Source: Chloroflexota bacterium
GTDB lineage: Bacteria; Chloroflexota; Dehalococcoidia; CAUJGQ01
Direction of reading: 5' to 3'
DNA length: 64,000 nucleotides
Assembly: GCA_036741355.1 (NCBI GenBank)
Contig: DAINSK010000001.1
Span: forward strand, 19,047-83,046
The translations under genes were made by a program, and so were the position numbers. Of this stretch, positions 57,148 to 64,000 are shown piece after piece. The notes below the pieces were generated by a model. The model had not been told where the DNA came from. It saw nothing but the letters and a program-made list of their open reading frames with translations, and searched no databases. Position 1 is the first letter of the stretch, and each line of letters starts with the position of its first letter.

Positions 57148-58260
57148 TTACCGTTCCTGAACAGTTTCGGCCAGCACCGCTGTAACGCGTCCGGCTATCG
57201 TCTCGCCGTCCGACGCAGTGAGCGCACGGGGGTCGATCAGGACGATCCCTTCCGAGAGGTGGTGGTTTCGCGTGCGGATCGAAGGTTCGCCGGCAGACAG
57301 GGCGGCGGACAGCGTTCGCGCTCGATCGGGAGACGTGACCAGTGCGAGTCGATTGATCGCCCGCTCCGCGTCGTCGGGCATTACGCTGACGTCAACGCCC
57401 GGCACCTTCCCAATCCTGGTTCGAATCTCCTCTAATACCCGGTCCTGGCGTGCTCTTTCGGTTGCGGTGTCTGCACATACATAGTTACGTAATGCCGAAA
57501 CGAGGCCCAGGATGTCCTCCTTTCCGACCTTCATCGGTCGCGCCACGCCCGCGAACTGCGCCTCCGCGGCGGCGACCAGGTCCGCCCGTCCAACCAGGAT
57601 GCCGGTGGTCGGCCCCTCAAACGCTTTGCCGCCGCTGTACGCGACGAGGTCCGCGCCGGCATCGAGGTAGCGGTGCAGGTCCTCCTCGGCGGCCGCGTCG
57701 ACCAGCACAGGAACCTGGTGAGCGTGGGATATCTCGATCCACGCCAGTAACGGCAACTGGTTGGCTTGCACCGAGTGATGCGAGACCACATACATCGTGC
57801 AGGCACAGTCGCCTGCCTGTAGCACCGCTTCCAGCGCCCGCGGCGGCACGGAATTAACGCTGCCGATAGGTACCGGCACGCCGCCGCCGAGGCGAATCAT
57901 CTGCTCGACGGGGGCGCCAAAGTTGACGAGGTGTCCCGTCTGAATTGGAACTCTGTTTGCCAGGCCATTGCTGTCCGGCAAGCGGGCGATCTTCGCGCTG
58001 TCGGTTCCGGTGATCGATCCCGCGACGGCCATGACCAGGCTCGCGCTCGCGCCCGCCGTGACCGTCCCTGCTTCGGCGCCTGACAGCCGGGCGATCTCGG
58101 CTCCGGCCGCGCTTCGCAGCACCGACAGGTCAACGTGGGCGCGGCTCGCCTCCGCCATCGCGTCGATCACATTCTGCCGGAGCGAGCTGCCGCCGAGGGC
58201 GGTCAGCCTGCCGGCGGCATTGATGACCGTCGAAACGTGGAGGTCGTCGAACAAGCCCAT
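57148..58260 (-). CDS. SelA-like PLP-dependent enzyme (L-seryl-tRNA selenium transferase-related / DgaE-like).
   Basis: The SelA-family PLP-lysine block SGGKAFEGPTTG. The ATG at 58258-58260 is preceded by an AAGGAGGA RBS. Confidence 0.6.
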   Translation of the reverse strand: MGLFDDLHVSTVINAAGRLTALGGSSLRQNVIDAMAEASRAHVDLSVLRSAAGAEIARLSGAEAGTVTAGASASLVMAVAGSITGTDSAKIARLPDSNGLANRVPIQTGHLVNFGAPVEQMIRLGGGVPVPIGSVNSVPPRALEAVLQAGDCACTMYVVSHHSVQANQLPLLAWIEISHAHQVPVLVDAAAEEDLHRYLDAGADLVAYSGGKAFEGPTTGILVGRADLVAAAEAQFAGVARPMKVGKEDILGLVSALRNYVCADTATERARQDRVLEEIRTRIGKVPGVDVSVMPDDAERAINRLALVTSPDRARTLSAALSAGEPSIRTRNHHLSEGIVLIDPRALTASDGETIAGRVTAVLAETVQER

Positions 58261-58311
58261 GTTCCGCTCCTCCTTACTACGCCGAGCGACGGCCATAGAC
58301 GGCGATCAGCC

Positions 58312-59597
58312 TCATGATCGCGCCGCCTCAGGCAAGCCGTTGGTCGCTTCATAAAGAACCCCGTTCACAACGGCAAATCGCGGTTCGATCAGCTTGCTCA
58401 TGGTGCGTTCCGCGCGATACGAATCGCGGGCGACGAACTCTCGCTCGACGACTTTGAAGACGCTGAGGTTTGCGGGACCTCCGCTTTCTACCGGCCCAAT
58501 CTCGCAGATGCCAAAGCACCTGGCCGGAGCGAGGCTGCTGGCTTCAATTACTTCGTACAGATCCACGCCGAGGTGCAGCATCTTGCTCATCGTCACCGCC
58601 AGGCTATACACCGGGCCGTTGATGTTGCCGCGATGCAGATCGGTGCTGATGTGGTGGGGTCGCAGACCTAGCGAGATTGCCCTCTCGGCGACCTCGAACG
58701 AGAATGACCCCGAGCCGTGGCCGACATCGAGCCGCACGCCCCTTTCGATCGCGTCAACAGCCGCAGCCAGCGCCTTTCCCTGTTGGGTCACGATTCCGCC
58801 GATTTTTCCGTGAAAACAGTGGGTGATCACATCGCCATCGCCGAAGATCTCGCACACCTCATCAAGGGTCGGAGGAGCGTTGCCGACGTGCGCCATCAGC
58901 AGTACACCCGCTTCTGTCGCGGCCTTTTTTGCCAGCACGACCGGCATAACGCCAAGGGCGCCGACTGCGGTCGTGCTGGCGCGCACCTTCATACCGCGCA
59001 CCCAGCTTCGGTGTCGCTGGATGGCGCGGACGGCGTCGTCGACGTTCAGCCAGTCGCTGATCTCCGACTCGCCCGGGTCGAGCATATTGCCGAAGCGCGA
59101 GATGTGCAGCAGTCCGAATACCAGCGTGCTTGCGGCTTCACTACATACTCGTAGAAACCGGCTGCGTTAGAGGCGCCGAATGATCCGGCATCGACGACGG
59201 CGACCACGCCCTGTCGAACGCCGATACTGTCGGCATCGACGCAACTTGGCTTGACGTGGTTGAAGACATGGGCATGCGCGTCCACCCAGCCCGGGCCGAC
59301 GATCATGCCTGAAACATCGATTTCGGTGGCGCTTTCGGCGAAAAGCCGTTCACCAACTTCCGCGATCTGACCGTCGCGGATCGCAACGTCCGCGTGAAAC
59401 CGCCGCCTGGCGGCTAGGTCGATGACCTCACCGCCTCGCATTATCAGGTCGATCGCCACGACGTCACTCCGTAACCGCCCCTTTGGACCTACAACCGGTC
59501 CGGAAGTCGCGCGGACGCGTCCACGATCTGCGGCGCGGACTCCGCGGCAACCGTGAAGCTTCCATCCTCTAGAATAGCCCGCTGGCGCGAAGTCCAA
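58312..59597 (-). pseudogene. Amidohydrolase-family gene disrupted by a frameshift (two overlapping ORFs).
   Basis: The N-terminal fragment (59046-59597) has the metal-binding GWVDAHAHV. The C-terminal fragment (58312-59085) continues the amidohydrolase fold in a different frame. The frames overlap at 59046-59085. Confidence 0.6.
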
Positions 59598-59687
59598 CAG
59601 TGTTGGCCGCCCAAGCCCGCGGCGCTACCATGGTGCCGTCTAACGTCGACGTCAGTTTCCGCGATGCCGTCTGAAGGAGAAAACAAG

Positions 59688-60566
59688 GTGCAGAACGAAC
59701 AGTATGTGGGCTTCTCGGTGGCGGTCAGAGAACCCGGTGTCGCAACGATCGCCTTCACAACGCCGGAACGGCTCAACGGCCTGACGCAGCGGATCAAGCG
59801 CGAGCTCGTCGAAGTGCTTCAGCAGGCTCAGATGGATCAAGACGTACGCGTCGTCGTCATCACGGGCAGCGGACGCGGTTTCTGTGCGGGCGACGACATC
59901 ACCGGACGGCCGTTACCCAACGCCGAGCAGTACCCGCCCATCGCGCCACCAATTCCGCACGGCCATGGCAACCCGATCGGCACCTACGAAGGCCTGCGTG
60001 TCCTGTCCCAGTCCCTGAACCTCGCTATTCGTGCTCTCGACAAGATCACGATCGCGGCGATCAACGGCGTGGCCATCCAAACGGGGCTTTCGCTCGCTCT
60101 CGCCTGTGACTTTCGCATCGCCGCCGAGGGCGCCCGGCTGGGCAGTGCAACGCTTCGTTTCGGCCTGTTGCCAGACGAGGGCGGGCAATACCTGCTTGTA
60201 CAGCACATGGGCGTCGCCCGCACGATGGATTTCCTCATGCGGAACCGGATCGTCGGCGGACAGGAAGCGCTTTCGCTAGGATTAGTCCACGAAGTCGTTC
60301 CGATCGACCAGCTGATGGACCGAGCACACGCGCTTGCCGTTGAACTAGCGAACGGTCCTCAGGTGGCGATGCGGCTGCTCAAGCGTTCTATATACAACGC
60401 AACTGAACTGGATTTCGCGCATGCGCTGGACGACATCGCGAGCAAGACCGCCATTTCCGACCACCACCCGGACGCGCGCGAGGGTCCGGCGGCTTTCCGC
60501 GAGAAGCGCCAGGCGCGTTTCAACCAGGATCCATCGCGTGAATCGCGGGAGGGCGGGTCGCTGTAG
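59688..60566 (+). CDS. Enoyl-CoA hydratase/isomerase (crotonase) family.
   Basis: GSGRGFCAGDD and INGVAIQTGLSLALACD. GTG at 59688 is preceded by an AAGGAGA RBS; the ORF track gives a longer start at 59553. Confidence 0.75.
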   Translation: MQNEQYVGFSVAVREPGVATIAFTTPERLNGLTQRIKRELVEVLQQAQMDQDVRVVVITGSGRGFCAGDDITGRPLPNAEQYPPIAPPIPHGHGNPIGTYEGLRVLSQSLNLAIRALDKITIAAINGVAIQTGLSLALACDFRIAAEGARLGSATLRFGLLPDEGGQYLLVQHMGVARTMDFLMRNRIVGGQEALSLGLVHEVVPIDQLMDRAHALAVELANGPQVAMRLLKRSIYNATELDFAHALDDIASKTAISDHHPDAREGPAAFREKRQARFNQDPSRESREGGSL

Positions 60567-60654
60567 AGGGAAACGACGGTTGCAACGGTAATCCGCGCTA
60601 CGCGAGCTCGCCAAACGTTGGGCGTCATTGGGCGAGGGCCAAGGGAGAGAGGAT

Positions 60655-61011
60655 TCAGGCGATCCGCTGGTCTGGCCGCTCAGCCGTCTCGATTGCGCCG
60701 ATGTCAGGCCCGAGCCGGATGGTCTGGTCGGGAAAGACGGCGCTGATCTCGAGCCAGCCGCCAAGCGCCTCGACGTAGCTGCGTAGCGTCGAGACGTAGA
60801 CGTCCCGCTCGTGCTCCGCCCGCGATACGTTAGTCTGACTCGTGTCCCATGCCCTCGCAAGCTCGACCTGGGTCACGCCGCGCGCCTCCCGCAGCTTGTG
60901 GAGCGCGAGCAGGTCGCGCGCGATTTGCCGCTCCTGTGCGACCGCGGCGCGTCCTTCTGGGGTGGATTCGAGCCGGTCCCGTAGATGCTTGAACGGCTTG
61001 TGTCCGCTCAT
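60655..61011 (-). CDS. XRE-family HTH antitoxin (HigA-like).
   Basis: An HTH (ARGVTQVELARAWDTSQTNVSRAEH); overlaps the upstream toxin gene by ATGA. Confidence 0.65.
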   Translation of the reverse strand: MSGHKPFKHLRDRLESTPEGRAAVAQERQIARDLLALHKLREARGVTQVELARAWDTSQTNVSRAEHERDVYVSTLRSYVEALGGWLEISAVFPDQTIRLGPDIGAIETAERPDQRIA

Positions 61012-61367
61012 AGAATGGCTCCTTCGTGCCTGAGCTCATCGAGATGGTCATCATAGAGCTGGTCGGCGACGGGTACCGCCTGCTCGTACCAGGCAGTCCA
61101 TTGGTCGCGCTTGTCACCGCCGAGTAGGAGGATCGCCGTCCGGCGAGGGTCGAAGGCAAAGAGGATGCGGAGAAAGCCGCCGCGGGGGCGGAGTTCCTTC
61201 ATGTTTGAGTGCCGGGACGTGGTAACCGTGTCCACCCATGGCCGGCCGAGAGCGGGCCCGCCCTGCTCCAGGGTTTCGATTGCCCGCGAGATCATGACTT
61301 GCTCCTCCTGAGCCAATCTGTCCCACCAAGCTCCAAACTCGTTGGTGTACTCGACCTCCCAACTCAC
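61008..61367 (-). CDS. Type II toxin-antitoxin system RelE/ParE-superfamily toxin (HigB-like gene order).
   Basis: 119 aa (MSWEVEYTNEFGAWWDRL ... RHSNMKELRPRGGFLRILFAFDPRRTAILLLGGDK ... WYEQAVPVADQLYDDHL). Confidence 0.6.
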   Translation of the reverse strand: MSWEVEYTNEFGAWWDRLAQEEQVMISRAIETLEQGGPALGRPWVDTVTTSRHSNMKELRPRGGFLRILFAFDPRRTAILLLGGDKRDQWTAWYEQAVPVADQLYDDHLDELRHEGAIL

Positions 61368-61504
61368 CCGATTATAACTCCTAGGGCGTACATCCTATGC
61401 ATGGTACCGACCTGGGTCGTCAGCCGGACGGGATACTTAGTGCGGCGCGCTCGTCCCAAGCGATGAGCCGGTAAAACGGAGCGGCGCGCCAGTTCGAACA
61501 CCGG

Positions 61505-61993
61505 TCAGCCGGACTTGTTCGAAGGCTCGCCTCGCAAATGGCCGCACAAGCTCTCGAAGTCGTCGGCGTTGTCATAGAGGGGTAACGGCACAAGAACGCC
61601 TGCAGCTCCGGGGCTGGTTCTGAGGCCGTCGATGCACTCTTTACGCTGCAGGCTTGCATCCCAATCACGACACGCCTGCGGACGCGCTGCGTGCACTTTG
61701 CAGCCCGCCCGACCATCCGTGAACTCCAGGAATACACATCCGCCGTCACGCTCTTTGAGCTGGCCCGTTTCCTCTTCGAACGGATAGACTCGGGCGTATT
61801 CGCCCAGGAAAACGCCGACGTCCATGCCGAGGTGAGCCGCCAACCGATCTGCTTCGGGGCGAGAGATCAGCGGTTGCCACCGCTGGCAGCAGACGCCGCA
61901 GCGGAAGCATGGAATCGCTTCGTCGTCCGTGAAGCGGCGAAGTTGCGTGTCGTAGGAACGCCGCGTACCGGCCGCGGTCAAGCGGATGCGCAT
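61505..61993 (-). CDS. YkgJ-family cysteine-cluster protein.
   Basis: CFRCGVCCQRW ... GCVFLEFTDGRAGCKVHAARPQACRDW, characteristic of the YkgJ/UPF0153 family. Confidence 0.6.
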   Translation of the reverse strand: MRIRLTAAGTRRSYDTQLRRFTDDEAIPCFRCGVCCQRWQPLISRPEADRLAAHLGMDVGVFLGEYARVYPFEEETGQLKERDGGCVFLEFTDGRAGCKVHAARPQACRDWDASLQRKECIDGLRTSPGAAGVLVPLPLYDNADDFESLCGHLRGEPSNKSG

Positions 61994-62085
61994 GAGACTC
62001 CCGCGGCCGCAAATGAATCAGTATTTGGGGCGGAGTTGAGAAGAATCGGCCGCCTACGCCGACAGTATCTCAAGCATAGAACGGA

Positions 62086-63054
62086 TCAGTCCTCGTCTGA
62101 AATCGATGGGGAGGCAATTCGGGGTCCCGTGCGCTCCCACCAAACGGTCGCTGCGACCCTACGCGACGGCAACACCCATTCGTCACCATCGCGCACCAGG
62201 CATTCGGCAAGCCCGTCCCGGAGTATTCTATCCATCTCGGGAGAGGTCAAAAGGATCAGGTGTTCCCGCGCGGTATCGATTGCGTCGTCTATCGTCGGAA
62301 ACTGCCAGAAACTGGAAGCGCCCGCGTCATACACCTCGACGTTGGCAGGTATGCCCATTTCGTGTAGCACCGCGTATACGTCGAAATACGTCGGCTGCGG
62401 GATCCGAACCTCACCGTGGAGCCGCTCCCACAGCGCTAGCAGGACCGGCGGCTCGGCCCAATCTGCCATGAGCTCCAGCACGACGGCGACCATGGCACGG
62501 GCGTCGAGCGAACGAATCCACGCTTCGATGTCGGCTTGTGGGTAGAGAACATGGGTGCAGAGCACAACATCAGCCGCATCGGTCGCGGCCGCCGATTCAA
62601 GCCATCCTGTCGGCAGAATCGTTATGTTGCCGATTCCTGCCGCGGCCGCGTCATCGGCCAACCGCCCTGACATATCCTCCGACGGCTCGACGGCGATGAC
62701 CGCCCCGGCGAATCGCGCGATCGGAAGGGTGTATCTGCCCGTTCCGGCGCCAACGTCCAGCACGGCACCGCCCGCCGGCAAAAGTGAGCGTACGCGCCGA
62801 ACGAGCGGGCTTTCCTGTGCGGCGGCATTCGCCTGACGGGGATAGCGACCGGCTCGGCGCGCCCAAAAGTCGGAGCTGTCACGGCCGACGCGCGCGTAGG
62901 CGGCGTCCATCTGCCGCTTCCTGCCCTCGACGAGCGCATGCCAGCGGTCGACCGCCGATACCCGATCAGTCACGACGTCATCCCCCGTGGCATCACCCCC
63001 CGTCCAGCCATGACAAAGGTTTGCCATGCGGGTATGTTTGACTTCTCCCGCCAA
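62086..63054 (-). CDS. Class I SAM-dependent methyltransferase.
   Basis: VLDVGAGTGRY (motif I), IAVEPSEDM, and DVVLCTHVLY. Confidence 0.7.
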   Translation of the reverse strand: MAGEVKHTRMANLCHGWTGGDATGDDVVTDRVSAVDRWHALVEGRKRQMDAAYARVGRDSSDFWARRAGRYPRQANAAAQESPLVRRVRSLLPAGGAVLDVGAGTGRYTLPIARFAGAVIAVEPSEDMSGRLADDAAAAGIGNITILPTGWLESAAATDAADVVLCTHVLYPQADIEAWIRSLDARAMVAVVLELMADWAEPPVLLALWERLHGEVRIPQPTYFDVYAVLHEMGIPANVEVYDAGASSFWQFPTIDDAIDTAREHLILLTSPEMDRILRDGLAECLVRDGDEWVLPSRRVAATVWWERTGPRIASPSISDED

Positions 63055-63074
63055 CGTGCATTTTAGAACGCCAC

Positions 63075-63878
63075 GTGGAGTACTTCATGTCTTCAGTCAA
63101 TATGCAACCGCCGGCAATGATCGCCCGCGCCGACGCGGCCTACGTCGAGTTCTTCCGAACCTTCGCGCGCACAGTCCCCGGCGCGGCGATCATCGAGCGC
63201 GACGGTCTCGTCATGGTCGGTACCGGAAATCTGCTTCCACACTTCAATTTCGCGGGCTTGACCAGGGTACCCGACGATCCTGACGCGATAATCCAGCGTA
63301 CCGAAGCGTTCTTTGCGCCGTACGGCGGCCGGTTCATGCTGGCGGCCATGGAACCAGCAGACGCGATTTCGCCGGCCATGGAGGCAATCGGCATGCAACC
63401 CGGAGCCTCTAGGATGATGCTACTTTCGCCGATCGCCGGATCGCCCCGAGCCGTCGCTGGATTAACAATTCGGACCGCAAACGACCCGGAGTCGCTGTAC
63501 GAATATAACGACACCCTGACCGCCGGTTTTGGCGGCGACCCGTGGGCAACGCGCGAGATCCTGGGTCACCCCGCGTTCATGGCTATGCGAGATGCAAGCC
63601 ACTATACCGGCTTCGTGGAGGGCAGGCCGGTGGCCACCGCGATGCGCCTCGCCAGCAATCGCGTCGTCGTCATCGCCAACGTCAGCACTATTCCGGAGTT
63701 CCGCAAGCGCGGGATCGGCGAGGCAATGACCTGGCGCGCTGCGCTGGACGGCCTCGAAGAAGGCTGCATAGCCGCATATTTACAAGCGAGCGACATGGGC
63801 TTCCCTATCTACGAGCGAATGGGGTTTCGGCACGTAGTGACACATCTGACGTGGCTATCGCCCGCAAAGCTGTCTTGA
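63075..63878 (+). CDS. GNAT-family N-acetyltransferase.
   Basis: A C-terminal acetyl-CoA-binding block VIANVSTIPEFRKRGIGEAMTW. The start is GTG at 63075 or ATG at 63087. Confidence 0.6.
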   Translation: MEYFMSSVNMQPPAMIARADAAYVEFFRTFARTVPGAAIIERDGLVMVGTGNLLPHFNFAGLTRVPDDPDAIIQRTEAFFAPYGGRFMLAAMEPADAISPAMEAIGMQPGASRMMLLSPIAGSPRAVAGLTIRTANDPESLYEYNDTLTAGFGGDPWATREILGHPAFMAMRDASHYTGFVEGRPVATAMRLASNRVVVIANVSTIPEFRKRGIGEAMTWRAALDGLEEGCIAAYLQASDMGFPIYERMGFRHVVTHLTWLSPAKLS

Positions 63879-63948
63879 TGCGTTCTTGATGCTGAGCCGG
63901 CTGCTACACTGGAAAGAGCGATCCTGATTCTGTCTCCGGCGGAGAGAT

Positions 63949-64000
63949 ATGCCGATCTACGAGTATCTTTGCGAACCGTGTGATAACCGATTTGAGAAGC
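63949..64000 (+). CDS. FmdB-family zinc-ribbon protein, N-terminal fragment (runs off the window end).
   Basis: MPIYEYLCEPCDNRFEK, the canonical FmdB N-terminus; ATG at 63949 with a GGAGAG RBS. Confidence 0.55.
   Translation, partial: MPIYEYLCEPCDNRFEK

Noticed and set aside
56253-60566. Interpreting the two crotonases, SelA-like and amidohydrolase genes as one defined beta-oxidation or amino-acid degradation operon
   Set aside because: The genes are on alternating strands (+, -, -, +), so they are not a single operon. Functional linkage is plausible but unsupported.

Overview
This is a high-GC (about 65%) chromosomal segment that looks bacterial, probably from a Chloroflexi/Thermomicrobia- or actinobacterium-like lineage. 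Gene density is high and there are many 4-nt ATGA start/stop overlaps. I found no transposase, integrase, reverse transcriptase, phage structural genes or CRISPR array. The content is mostly housekeeping and metabolic genes.

Main content, left to right:
- 1-3750, minus strand: a trp operon, trpE, an embedded gene of unknown function, trpG, and a partial trpD, behind a Trp T-box riboswitch leader with an intrinsic terminator and a sigma70-like promoter.
- 3943-7214: a MacB/FtsX-type ABC exporter, a Gly-rich secreted protein, and a LysM membrane protein.
- 7254-9645: moaE and moaD, a MarR regulator, and a SAM methyltransferase.
- 11165-12217: a Zn alcohol dehydrogenase carrying one in-frame TAG.
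- 12391-13146: an atypical LuxR-type response regulator.
- 13873-16917: a heat-shock pair, Hsp20 and Lon.
- 16996-23781: fatty-acid/CoA metabolism genes (acyl-CoA dehydrogenases, VOC/epimerase, CoA transferase), plus a PhyH dioxygenase, DUF1326-like and ABM proteins.
- 23830-25326: a Tat-secreted vanadium-haloperoxidase-like protein.
- 27163-30345: translation-related genes tsaE, tsaB, ndk, rsfS and mnmA.
- 31778-32049: two tRNA-Ser genes.
- 32160-36340: cell-envelope proteins (secreted lytic transglycosylase-like, DedA, M50 site-2 protease, HD hydrolase).
- 36816-47024: acyl-CoA dehydrogenase paralogue, DUF885, a membrane GGDEF protein, an LLM oxidoreductase, a cupin protein, RNase Y, a zinc-ribbon protein, def, and an alpha/beta hydrolase.
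- 47208-53221: an XRE regulator, a zinc-ribbon RGG protein, an HpaB/HpaC-type two-component flavin monooxygenase, an MBL hydrolase, a methyltransferase, and a DUF423 protein.
- 53802-60566: an orphan PAS/GAF histidine kinase, crotonases, a SelA-like PLP enzyme, and a frameshifted amidohydrolase.
- 60655-64000: a RelE/ParE-HigA-type toxin-antitoxin pair, a YkgJ Cys-cluster protein, methyltransferase, GNAT, and a partial FmdB zinc ribbon.

Most worth a second look: (i) the uncharacterised two-domain P-loop gene translationally coupled inside the T-box-controlled trp operon; (ii) a compound palindromic operator-like element in the haloperoxidase/membrane-protein divergent region; (iii) rsfS, which apparently initiates at CTG; (iv) duplicated ~35-nt motifs in an acyl-CoA dehydrogenase leader; (v) two disrupted genes (amber stop, frameshift).

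I could not convincingly identify a clearly novel multi-gene system. Every family assignment comes from motif-level reading of the translated ORFs, not from database searches.
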